The notes under the pieces were generated by a model. It was not told the origin of the DNA, searched no databases, and saw nothing but the letters and a program-made list of their open reading frames with translations. From Terriglobales bacterium (GTDB taxonomy: Bacteria; Acidobacteriota; Terriglobia; Terriglobales; Acidobacteriaceae): a DNA stretch of 64,000 nucleotides. The stretch is taken from positions 1,241-65,240 of the forward strand of contig JBASRS010000029.1 in the NCBI GenBank assembly GCA_049273945.1, given 5' to 3'. Positions 25,837-35,323 of the stretch are shown one piece after another (the first letter of the stretch is position 1; each line of letters begins with the position of its first letter). A program made the translations under genes and the position numbers.

Positions 25837-26847
25837 ATGAAACAAACTCTCGGTGTTCTAGCTGAAAAGCTGGGAGGTCGCGTACTCGGCGATCAGGCGA
25901 TCGCCATAGCCAACGTGGCCAGTATTACTTCCGCTGCTCCAGATTCATTGGTCTTCGTCGAGGACCTGAAGAATCTGGAGCGCTCTCTCGGCTCCCCCGC
26001 CGCCGCCATCATTGCGGGAGAGTTCGCCGCGAATGCCGCTGCCTCCAAACCGCTCTTGATCTCTTCCCAGCCTCGTCTGACCTTCGCCCGAGCCGCGAAA
26101 CTCCTCTACGACACTGGCAAAGTGCAAAGCGCCATCCATGCCTCCGCCATCGTTCCCGCCTCCGCCCGCGTCGGTAAGAACGTCGCGATCGGCCCGGGTG
26201 CCGTCATCGGAGAGCGCGTCAAAATCGGCGATGGGAGCTCAATCGGCCCTGGTTGCGTGATCGGCGACGCCGTGCAAATCGGCGCCAACTGCCGCTTCGA
26301 CGCCAACGTCACAATCTATTCCGGCACGACGCTCGGCGACCGTGTCGTCGTCCAAGCCGGCGCCGTTTTGGGCAGCGAAGGCTTCGGCTACGTCCGCGAC
26401 TCCCAGACCGGACGTTACGAGCAATTTCCCCAAATCGGACGCCTGGTCATCGAGGACGACGTCGAGATCGGCGCAAATTCCACCATCGACCGCGGCGCGC
26501 TCGACGAAACCCGCATCCGCCGTGGCACCAAAATCGACAACCTGGTGCACGTAGGCCATAACGTGCAGATCGGCGAGGATGTAGTCATCGCCGCCCAGAC
26601 CGGCCTCTCCGGCAGCGCCGTGGTCGAAGACAACGTCATCATCGGCGGCCAGGTCGGCATCGCCGATCACGTCCGTATCGAAGCCGGCGCGATCCTCGGC
26701 GCACAAAGCGGCATCCCATCGAAGAAGGTGATCCGCGGCAAAGGCATCGTTTTCTGGGGAACTCCGGCCCGCCCCATCCGGGAGTACCTTAAGGAGTTGG
26801 CGTTCCTATCGCGAGCGGCCCGCAAGCATCGTGGAACTGAGAACTGA
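25837..26847 (+). CDS. lpxD: UDP-3-O-acylglucosamine N-acyltransferase
   Basis: MKQTLGVLAEKLGGRVLGD...SLVFVEDLKNL..., followed by a long run of hexapeptide (left-handed beta-helix) repeats and a C-terminal helix. Confidence 0.9.
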   Translation: MKQTLGVLAEKLGGRVLGDQAIAIANVASITSAAPDSLVFVEDLKNLERSLGSPAAAIIAGEFAANAAASKPLLISSQPRLTFARAAKLLYDTGKVQSAIHASAIVPASARVGKNVAIGPGAVIGERVKIGDGSSIGPGCVIGDAVQIGANCRFDANVTIYSGTTLGDRVVVQAGAVLGSEGFGYVRDSQTGRYEQFPQIGRLVIEDDVEIGANSTIDRGALDETRIRRGTKIDNLVHVGHNVQIGEDVVIAAQTGLSGSAVVEDNVIIGGQVGIADHVRIEAGAILGAQSGIPSKKVIRGKGIVFWGTPARPIREYLKELAFLSRAARKHRGTEN

Positions 26848-26868
26848 GAACTGGGAACCGAGAACTGA
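26834..26868. repeat. heptanucleotide array (GAACTGA GAACTGA GAACTGG GAACCGA GAACTGA) spanning the lpxD stop and ending 3 nt before the next ATG
   Basis: Period 7. The lpxD TGA at 26845-26847 is inside unit 2. Nt 26842-26868 are identical to 1858-1884. Confidence 0.85.
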
Positions 26869-26871
26869 TTC

Positions 26872-27483
26872 ATGTCCATCGTCGTCATCGGCGGCCACTC
26901 CCGCAGCGTCGGCAAAACCAGCGTCGTCGCCGGCCTGATCTCTGCCCTGCCCGCCTTCCGCTGGACCGCCCTAAAAATCACCCAATACGGACACGGCATC
27001 TGCTCCGCCAACGGCGAAGCCTGCGACTGCGCCACCGCCGACCATGCCTGGGCCGCCTCCGAAGAAAAGAACCGCGACGGCACATCCGACACTTCCCGTT
27101 TCCTGGTCGCCGGCGCCGCGCACTCCTGGTGGGTCCGCACCGAGCAGGGACGCCTCGCCGAAGCCATGCCCCGCGTCCGCCAGATTCTGGCTGGAACACA
27201 AAACGCCATCATCGAATCGAACAGCGTGCTCCGTTTTCTAAAGCCCGACCTCTATCTGACCGTGCTCGACCCGCAGACCGCCGACTTCAAGACCTCTGCG
27301 CAAACTTTTCTCGACCGCGCCGACGCCGTCCTGCTCCACACTGCCGACAACGCCGAGATCCCCGCTTGGGAGCGCGTCTCACTGAAACCCGTGGCAGACC
27401 GCCCGATCTTCGCGTTCCACCCACCGCAATACGTCACACCCGAAGTAACAGACTTCGTCCGCCAACGCCTAAACAAGTCCTAA
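26872..27483 (+). CDS. hypothetical P-loop protein, MobB-like
   Basis: MSIVVIGGHSRSVGKTSVVAGLISAL (Walker-A-like GxxxxGKT/S) ...ALKITQYGH...SDTSRFLVAGAAHSWWV...AIIESNS has the layout of small MobB-type NTPases. Family assignment is tentative. Confidence 0.45.
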   Translation: MSIVVIGGHSRSVGKTSVVAGLISALPAFRWTALKITQYGHGICSANGEACDCATADHAWAASEEKNRDGTSDTSRFLVAGAAHSWWVRTEQGRLAEAMPRVRQILAGTQNAIIESNSVLRFLKPDLYLTVLDPQTADFKTSAQTFLDRADAVLLHTADNAEIPAWERVSLKPVADRPIFAFHPPQYVTPEVTDFVRQRLNKS

Positions 27484-27521
27484 GGTCTTTCTCTGCGAAC
27501 TCCGCGTCTCGGCGGTGAGAC

Positions 27522-28913
27522 TCACCCCGCATACATCCCGATTACTCGCTCAATCGCCCGCCGGCACACCGCGCAGAACGCGTTATGCCGCGTGAACATG
27601 ATGCAGTCCACCTCGGGACGGTAATACCCCTTGGCTGCGTAATTCGCCCCTTCGAAAGCGCCCACCTTGCCGGCATATTTCTCGAACCGAAACAGGGCCT
27701 CCTCCTTTTCGCGCTCTTTGCGGAAGAGTTCTTCCATCTCCGACTCAGGTTTTCCCGCGGCCCGCAGTTCCCTGCGCTGCTTCTGAATTTCTGTCTCGAA
27801 GCGCTCGAACTCGTCTTTCGCCCACGGCGTAGGAAGCGGCGTTCCGGGCGCGACCAGGTCTTTCCATTTCAGGTTCGCGGGATCAAGCAAGGCGGTCGCA
27901 TTCGGCTCCCAAGGCTCCGTTTTTTTCTCCGCCGGCAGGTACGCCACATCCGACGTGTAGTACTCATCCGCCAGGGCCGCAAAATGATGCCCGAATTCAT
28001 GCACGCCGACATATCCCGCCCATCCGTTATCGATGGCGACGGTCGCGTATTGGTTGAAGATTCCTCCGCCACCGTAGGTTTTGCCGTTGACCAGGATCTC
28101 AATGAACTCATACGGCGCAAACGAGGCCACATCGCGCAGCGTCCGGTTCTCCATGGTCAGCACGTAGCGCTCGCTGTCGAACGTGTCGTAGGTAGCGCCC
28201 AGCGGCGAGCGACGGTAGATTCCGCTCGAAGGACGCGCGATCCCCGATTCTTCCGCCGGAGGACACAGTCCCCACACGTTGAAATCTTTCTGGTGCTCGC
28301 GGAACGGTGAAGTCGAGAAGAGCTTCTCCAGAAATCGGCGAGCATCTTTCTCGAACTTGCTGCGCTCCGCCGCCGTGTAGCCATCGCCCATCACCAGCAG
28401 GTCAACCTTGGTTGCCGGATCACCCATCTCTTGCAGCTCAATCAGCGGCCCCGGCGCGGGCGGACGTGAGCGGTCCACGAACTTGTCCTTCGGGTCGACC
28501 ACCGTCTTCCAGACTTCCTGGAAGCTCCCACCCTTGCGCGCTTTCAGCGAGACGTCCACCGCAACCGCGGGGCTGGGAAAACGGAGCGACTCGGAAAACG
28601 TCCGGTTCGCGTGCAGCGCTTCTTCGGTATCGCGCCACTCGGCAAAGGCGGAATTGAATCCGCGCGAGTACACCAGCTTCCCGCTCTGTTTCTCGCGAAC
28701 CTCGAACAGGTAGTTGCCGAGCCCACTGTCATCGATCGCTTTCGCCGGATTTCCCGGCCACTCCAGCGGTTCGAGCACAGTCCGATCCAGGCTGAACCAT
28801 TCCTGCTGCGCATTGCCGGTGTGGTAGTAGTCCACGCGCAGGGTGCGTGGCGCGGCAAAACTCAGGGGAGAAAACAGCAGACAGAAAAACACAACGCGAA
28901 GCATTGGGCTCAT
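27522..28913 (-). CDS. peptidase M64 (IgA-peptidase-like) family zinc metalloprotease, secreted
   Basis: Signal peptide MSPMLRVVFFCLLFSPLSFA. Then DLLVMGDGYTAAE..KF..D......LFS..PF, and the zinc site VHEFGHHFAALADEYY. Confidence 0.85.
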   Translation of the reverse strand: MSPMLRVVFFCLLFSPLSFAAPRTLRVDYYHTGNAQQEWFSLDRTVLEPLEWPGNPAKAIDDSGLGNYLFEVREKQSGKLVYSRGFNSAFAEWRDTEEALHANRTFSESLRFPSPAVAVDVSLKARKGGSFQEVWKTVVDPKDKFVDRSRPPAPGPLIELQEMGDPATKVDLLVMGDGYTAAERSKFEKDARRFLEKLFSTSPFREHQKDFNVWGLCPPAEESGIARPSSGIYRRSPLGATYDTFDSERYVLTMENRTLRDVASFAPYEFIEILVNGKTYGGGGIFNQYATVAIDNGWAGYVGVHEFGHHFAALADEYYTSDVAYLPAEKKTEPWEPNATALLDPANLKWKDLVAPGTPLPTPWAKDEFERFETEIQKQRRELRAAGKPESEMEELFRKEREKEEALFRFEKYAGKVGAFEGANYAAKGYYRPEVDCIMFTRHNAFCAVCRRAIERVIGMYAG

Positions 28914-28959
28914 GGAGCGTGTCCTACCGTCGGGATGTAGCGTCACAGTCAAGACGTGG

Positions 28960-29500
28960 AATCATCGGCTCAGCGGATTTGGGAGCACGCGGCTGGAGGC
29001 GAAGTCGCAATCAAGATTCTGCCCGCCGCCTTCGCGTCCGACACCGAACGCCTTTCTCGCTTCGACCGTGAGGCGAAGCTGCTGGCTTCACTTAACCACC
29101 CCAGCATCGCCCACCTCTACGGGTTCGAAAGTGCCCACGCTCGGGGACGGTACCACTGCCCACCTCCTCGCCATGGAACTCGCCGAGCGAGGACCTGGCG
29201 GCACGGCTGAATCGCGGGCCGATCCCGGTCGACGAGACAATCGGCATTGCCTGCCAGATCGCTGAGGCGCTGGAGGCCGCACACGAGAAGGGTATCGTCC
29301 ACCGCCACCTTAAACCTGTCAACATCAAACTCAACCCCGACGGCAAGGTGAAAGTGCTGGACTTCGGGCTCGCCAAGGCCATGGACTCAGTGACTCGTTC
29401 CGCGCCCGACCTCGCGCACTCCCCAACCATGACGCCCAGAGCACGCAGGCCGGCGGGATCCTCGGTCCCGCGGCCCCCAGCTTTTACAAACTCAACTAGT
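28960..29500 (+). pseudogene. Ser/Thr protein kinase, decayed (both ends truncated, at least three frameshifts, catalytic Asp replaced)
   Basis: Pieces lie in three frames: EVAIKILPAAFASDTERLSRFDREAKLLASLNHPSIAHLYGFE / HLLAMELAER / DLAARLNRGPIPVDETIGIACQIAEALEAAHEKGIVHRHLKPVNIKLNPDGKVKVLDFGLAKA / STQAGGILGPAAP. There is no G-loop and no C-lobe. HRHLKP replaces HRDLKP. Confidence 0.75.
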
Positions 29501-29522
29501 AACCGAAAATGTCCTGCGGAAC

Positions 29523-29559
29523 CCCCACCCTTTGCGCGTGTTTCCGGTGAAGGGTGGGG
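29523..29559. repeat. REP-like hairpin, CCCAC...GTGGG family (copy H1)
   Basis: CCCCACCCTT-17 nt-AAGGGTGGGG, a 10-bp perfect stem. Confidence 0.75.
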
Positions 29560-29646
29560 ATTTGAATTAGCCAGATCATCTGCGACCCGAGCCGCGCGAG
29601 TATGCATCCCCGACTTCTGAGCTCTTACCCTGACCTCTGCATTCCC

Positions 29647-30027
29647 TCATTCGCCGACCAGAAACTTGCATTGCGCTGGAGTCAGCGGCACGACGCTCAG
29701 TCTTCCCTGACGCACGAGAGGCGAGTCCGCAAACAACTTTTGCTCCTTGATCTCCGCCAGCGTCTTTGGCTTTGCAATCGCCTTCCCCGCCTGGATCCTC
29801 ACGAGCGGACTTCTCGGATCACTAACCTCGACCGACTCGACGGTCGCCGTCCCCATCGCGCTCTTCTCATCGCCGGTGTGATAGATCACCAGACGGTCGC
29901 CCGGCTTCATGGCACGGAGGTTCTTCAGGGCCACGGGATTCGTCACTCCGTCCCAGATGGTCGCCCTCTCCCTTTGCAAGTCTGCAAAGGAATATACGGA
30001 CGGCTCGGTTTTCAGAAGGTAGTCCAT
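29647..30027 (-). CDS. EVE (PUA-like) domain protein
   Basis: MDYLLKTEPSVYSFADLQRERATIWDGVTNPVALKNLRAMKPGDRLVIYHTGDEKSAMGTATV..., typical EVE pattern. The ATG is at 30027. Confidence 0.85.
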   Translation of the reverse strand: MDYLLKTEPSVYSFADLQRERATIWDGVTNPVALKNLRAMKPGDRLVIYHTGDEKSAMGTATVESVEVSDPRSPLVRIQAGKAIAKPKTLAEIKEQKLFADSPLVRQGRLSVVPLTPAQCKFLVGE

Positions 30028-30534
30028 GGCAAGATTGTAAACACCCCGAACGCATACCGCGAGCCCCAGGCGATCCAAGCACACCAGCGGCGCGGGGTTT
30101 CACTCGCTTTCAACACAGAGACAGCTGCTGGCAGTCTGTATTGAGACGAAAAGCGCCCAGTTGCACAAGACAGTGACGCACATAGATGGCCTGCGATCGC
30201 TTGTGAGTAGCGACCAATCTAGCCAGCGATGAAATCCAGTAGGGCAGACCAAAGAGCAGTTCCATAATTCATAACTCGCCGCATCCTCACGGTTGTAACC
30301 TCCCGTCCCGCAACGAGTATTTCTCCATGGCCAGGAGTGGTGTAATTCGTGCCTTGTTACAGAGTGTCTGACCAAGATCAATACGGGGAGACAGTTAACA
30401 ACATTTTGTCTCAACCACTTAGGTCTTGAGGGGAGGTTCGATCTTGAGCGCGAAGTCAATCCACAAAGTTGTCAGTACATTACCGTCTGTTTTGTTTTTC
30501 GCCGGGTTAAGCACAGGCCAAACAACCAAGGGCA

Positions 30535-30570
30535 CAATCTGCAATCTGACCTCTAACCTCTGCACTTGAA
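30535..30570. repeat. heptad-type tail (CACAATC TGCAATC TGACCTC TAACCTC TGCACTT) abutting the frame-corrected STAS stop codon
   Basis: Period 7. It contains GCAATCTGAC and ends at TCA 30571-30573. Confidence 0.65.
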
Positions 30571-30934
30571 TCACGCTGTCCCCGTGTTGGCCAGTGCTTC
30601 CACTGCTTCCCAGGTGGTGGGAAAAGTCATGAAAAAGTTGTGCACTTTCGTGATCTGCAAAACCTTTTAGGACTCTGGGTGTCACGCCGGTCAGAACCAG
30701 GCACCTTCCCGTTTTCTGATGCGACACATAGGCGGCAACCAGCGAGCCCAGCCCCACCGAGTCGATGTAAGGCACATCGGACAGGTCGAGAATGATGGTC
30801 TCTGCGTTCTCGTTGCGAACCGCCCGTTCGAACTGAGGCGTGGTTTCAACGGTCAACGGGCCACGCAGCAGCAACACCCGCTGCTCGTCGGTCACGCCCG
30901 CATATCGCTCGACTGTCAGTTCCTGGGCAACCAT
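30571..30934 (-). CDS. STAS-domain anti-sigma-factor antagonist (SpoIIAA/RsbV-like), interrupted by a 1-nt frameshift near 30663-30664
   Basis: Frame A reads ...IILDLSDVPYIDSVGLGSLVAAYVSHQKTGRCLVLTGVTPRVLK. After dropping one G in AAAAGGTTTT, the +1 frame reads VLQITKVHNFFMTFPTTWEAVEALANTGTA*, the expected STAS C-terminus. The uncorrected 171-aa ORF tail is not protein-like. Confidence 0.7.
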
Positions 30935-31138
30935 GGCAGGCGATTGTAGGTCACTCGGCCCTGTCTGTCATCTCGCTCCCGGCCGAAACAGGCGTTAGAC
31001 CGGCCTTCTAGACCAAATTGCGAAGCCCGGAAAAAGAACGTTGGCATGCCGGCGGGCGCGAATCCCTACGTCAACCGGAACTCAATTGTAGCAGGGTATC
31101 GGGGCCGCCGAGGCGACGGGCTGGTAGGCGGAGTCGCT

Positions 31139-31174
31139 CTTACTTCCGCAATCTGACTTCTTACGTCTGCAATC
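31139..31174. repeat. heptad-type array (CTTACTT CCGCAAT CTGACTT CTTACGT CTGCAAT) abutting a stop codon
   Basis: Period 7. It ends at CTA 31175-31177 (TAG of the downstream minus-strand gene) and contains GCAATCTGAC. Confidence 0.7.
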
Positions 31175-31639
31175 CTACTGGGGCTTCTGCTCGGTAGGCT
31201 TCTGCTCGGGCTTCTGTTCTGCCGGTTTCCGCTCGTCTTTCTTCGCCTCCGGATGATCCTCGTAAATCGAGTACTGTCCCTGCGGACGCTTCAGTCGAAT
31301 GGTGATCTCTATCTCCGGCTTGTTAACGTCATAGTCTTCCCCAAAAGTCTGGAAGCCCTGCGCCAGTACCTGCACCCGCAGCGGGCCATACGGGATGCCG
31401 TCGAAACTGGTCCGCCCCTCGGTGTTGGTCTTCAGCTGAAAGCCCGTGTTCTTCTGCTTGCCCTTCTTATTCACCGGATGCATGATCACGCTCGCGTTCT
31501 TAACCGGCTTGCCGTTGTAATCCCGCAAAACGACAAACGCCAAAGCCGCGTATTGCTCATCATCCTGCGCCACCGCCACGTTCATCCCGAATCCAACCAG
31601 CAGAAGCAACCCCATCACAACCGAGAGACTTCTTCTCAT
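31175..31639 (-). CDS. secreted carboxypeptidase-regulatory-like (transthyretin-like beta-sandwich) domain protein with a Lys/Pro/Glu-rich tail
   Basis: Signal peptide MRRSLSVVMGLLLLVGFGMNVAVA. Then FVVLRDYNGKPVKNASVIMHPV....GFQLKTNTEGRTSFDGIPYGPLRVQVLAQGF, and the tail KKDERKPAEQKPEQKPTEQKPQ. Confidence 0.6.
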   Translation of the reverse strand: MRRSLSVVMGLLLLVGFGMNVAVAQDDEQYAALAFVVLRDYNGKPVKNASVIMHPVNKKGKQKNTGFQLKTNTEGRTSFDGIPYGPLRVQVLAQGFQTFGEDYDVNKPEIEITIRLKRPQGQYSIYEDHPEAKKDERKPAEQKPEQKPTEQKPQ

Positions 31640-31879
31640 GGTTCCCTCATTTTAAGCAGGACCCCGCCTCCTGTCACGGAGCCACCGAAGTCCATCACGC
31701 AAAAGCTCCGCGGGCCGATCCGCCCCAGCCCAGCGCTCTTAGTGCTTGCTAGGGGCGAGAGAGGTCAAAGACCCAAGAGGAGATCTCCCATCGCCGCATT
31801 GGCATGCCATAAACATCGTCCTTGCAATGACTTAAGGATTGTCACGGACAACCAAGCCTAGCTGCAAGAAGGCATCCAC

Positions 31880-31909
31880 TTGACAGCCTGCCACTCATAT
31901 TTCTATAAT
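31880..31909 (+). promoter_or_regulatory. sigma-70-type promoter of groES-groEL
   Basis: TTGACA (31880-31885) - 18 nt - TATAAT (31904-31909). Both hexamers match the consensus exactly. Confidence 0.7.
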
Positions 31910-31935
31910 TAGCACTCAACGGTCTTAAGTGCTAA
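31909..31935 (+). promoter_or_regulatory. CIRCE operator (HrcA binding site)
   Basis: TTAGCACTC-AACGGTCTT-AAGTGCTAA versus consensus TTAGCACTC-N9-GAGTGCTAA (one mismatch). It overlaps the -10 box by 1 nt. Confidence 0.9.
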
Positions 31936-32005
31936 CAGACCGTAGAATTCCTGGGAAACCCCAGCATTCAAACCCGCTCAACCTCACTGAAAGGAGTACG
32001 CAAGC

Positions 32006-32335
32006 ATGGCTACGAAGTTTACCCCGCTGCATGACCGCATCCTGGTCCGTCGCGTGGAAGAAGCCGAAACCACCCGCGGCGGGATCATCATCCCCGACTC
32101 CGCGAAAGACAAGCCGCAGGAGGGCGAAGTCATCTCCGTCGGCAAGGGCAAGATCAGCGAAGAAGGCAAGGTTCGTCCTCTCGATGTGAAGGACGGCGAC
32201 CGCATCCTGTTCGGCAAGTATTCCGGCACCGAAATCAAAATCGATGGCGAAGATTTCGTCATCATGCGCGAAGAGGAAGTTCTAGGAGTCCTCTCCGGCG
32301 CCGCCAAGAGAGAAACTGCCGGATCGCGCAAGTAA
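32006..32335 (+). CDS. groES: co-chaperonin GroES
   Basis: [47 protein letters not shown].....G...[39 protein letters not shown]. Confidence 0.97.
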   Translation: MATKFTPLHDRILVRRVEEAETTRGGIIIPDSAKDKPQEGEVISVGKGKISEEGKVRPLDVKDGDRILFGKYSGTEIKIDGEDFVIMREEEVLGVLSGAAKRETAGSRK

Positions 32336-32338
32336 CGT

Positions 32339-32388
32339 GTAGGACCGGGTCTCTGACCCGGTCGCCGAGCGCAGCGAGGCCCGGTCTT
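32339..32388 (+). repeat. REP-like element, GTAGGGAC family (copy R1) in the groES-groEL spacer
   Basis: GTAGGACCGGGT-CTCTG-ACCCGGTC followed by GCCGAGCGCAGCGAGGC. The second hairpin is degenerate. Confidence 0.7.
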
Positions 32389-32408
32389 AGGTTGTTCCTG
32401 AGACCTGA

Positions 32409-34133
<1,725 letters not shown>

Positions 34134-34175
34134 GGACAGCGATTAGCACTTAGCATTTAGCTGTTAGCTTGAAAC
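34134..34175. repeat. heptanucleotide array (GGACAGC GATTAGC ACTTAGC ATTTAGC TGTTAGC TTGAAAC) abutting the groEL TAA
   Basis: Period 7. TAG occurs at 34144, 34151 and 34158, so it falls in all three frames. Confidence 0.85.
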
Positions 34176-34177
34176 GA

Positions 34178-34207
34178 AGCCCCGCTCACAGAGCGGGGCT
34201 TTTTGTT
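34178..34207. terminator. rho-independent terminator, usable from both sides
   Basis: AGCCCCGCT-CACAG-AGCGGGGCT followed by TTTTGTT. It is preceded by an A-rich run for the convergent minus-strand gene. Confidence 0.8.
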
Positions 34208-34253
34208 GGGCGAAACAGAGTCCGGACTCCACCGCCTGCAGGAAACCCCGGGC

Positions 34254-35000
34254 TTAGGCCGCCCGCGCCCGCCGGGCTGCGGAGCGCTGCCACTTCGGCT
34301 TCGGCTTGGCACGTTGTTCGCTCCGATGTTGCTCGCGGTCTTCGCGCGCGAAGCTCTTCTTCTTTGCCTCGGAACCGAAGATCTGTTGCCACTTCCCATT
34401 CTTGAAGATGATCTGGTAACCACCCGAAAGAATCTGAAATGGTTTGGTGACCTTGTCTAGTTGGTCGAAGCGCACCGACCCGGGCTTGTGGAAATCCTCG
34501 AAATACGACGGGTACACGAAGTCACTCATCTCGATACCATCGACCGCGAAGCTCAACGCCTCAACCGGGTCCGCACTCTCGTAGGCATAGACGGTCTTCG
34601 GATTGGGCCCCGTCGTCATTAGATTAATGGCCGGATCGACCAGCATCTCCACGAGTTCGTGCGATGCCGAGACACTCACCAACTGCTTGTCGTCGAGTGT
34701 GGTCTTGACGAAGACCTTGGAGATCGGCAACCCGTCCGGAGTCAGCTCATGATAGGCCAGTGCGCCCGCTTGATCGGCATTGTCCAGAAACACCACCGCC
34801 CACGCGCCCTTTTCGAAGTCGGTAGTTTTGATCAGCTTCGCGGGTGTGCCCCACACGGGCGCGACAAAGTTATCCACATAGGCCTGCATGGCGGTGATCA
34901 GATTGTCAAAGTCGACCTCGAGATCCGTGGTCGCCTTGTTGAAACAAGCAATAGTCGGAACTTCACCCTGGTTAAATGCGCCAAATACCGTGGTATTCAT
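34254..35000 (-). CDS. hypothetical protein (248 aa) with a basic C-terminal tail
   Basis: GGGAGG precedes ATG 35000. MNTTVFGAFNQGEVPTIACFNKATTDLEVDFDNL...GALAYHELTPDGLPISKVFV...SASHELVEMLVDP...; the tail is KKKSFAREDREQHRSEQRAKPKPKWQRSAARRARAA. I do not recognise a family. Confidence 0.6.
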   Translation of the reverse strand: MNTTVFGAFNQGEVPTIACFNKATTDLEVDFDNLITAMQAYVDNFVAPVWGTPAKLIKTTDFEKGAWAVVFLDNADQAGALAYHELTPDGLPISKVFVKTTLDDKQLVSVSASHELVEMLVDPAINLMTTGPNPKTVYAYESADPVEALSFAVDGIEMSDFVYPSYFEDFHKPGSVRFDQLDKVTKPFQILSGGYQIIFKNGKWQQIFGSEAKKKSFAREDREQHRSEQRAKPKPKWQRSAARRARAA

Positions 35001-35154
35001 GAAAACCTCCCTTTTCAAGAGTCTTCGCAAGTGTTAGTTGATTACTACCGTGGGAAGGGGCCCTGGGCCGAGGAAGTGACTGCAAGTATGCGCGTGTGCC
35101 CGACCGCTGTCAACACTACCGTCCAACGTATCCCCGTGTTGCAGCAATGCACGC

Positions 35155-35191
35155 GTAGGGACCGCCGCCCCCGGCTGTCCGCGAGCGCGAC
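35155..35191 (+). repeat. REP-like element, GTAGGGAC family (degenerate copy R5)
   Basis: GTAGGGACCGCCGCCCCCGGCTGTCC-GCGAGCGCGAC. It shares GTAGGGAC...GGCTGTCC with the copy at 11549. Confidence 0.55.
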
Positions 35192-35217
35192 ACGGCGGCA
35201 TGGGAGACCTGTACTAA
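35191..35217 (+). pseudogene. relic 3' end (last ~8 codons) of a second groEL-like gene
   Basis: CAC GGC GGC ATG GGA GAC CTG TAC TAA encodes HGGMGDLY*, versus the groEL end HGGGMGDMY* (CACGGCGGCGGCATGGGGGACATGTACTAA). It is followed by the same heptad-array-plus-terminator layout as groEL. Confidence 0.55.
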
Positions 35218-35266
35218 GAGCAGCTACGAGCTTCGAGCTACGAGCTGTGAGCTTGAACCTGAGCCC
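35218..35266. repeat. heptanucleotide array (GAGCAGC TACGAGC TTCGAGC TACGAGC TGTGAGC TTGAACC TGAGCCC)
   Basis: Period 7. It abuts the relic TAA and shares CGAGCTTCGAGC with the array at 7841-7860. Confidence 0.85.
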
Positions 35267-35290
35267 CGCCGCGAGGCGGAGCTTTGGTTT
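35262..35290. terminator. rho-independent terminator-like hairpin
   Basis: AGCCCCGCC-GCGA-GGCGGAGCT followed by TTGGTTT. It has one mismatch and is related to the groEL terminator stem AGCCCCGC. Confidence 0.55.
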
Positions 35291-35323
35291 CGACACAATT
35301 CACTAAGAGCCGCAATCTGCGTA

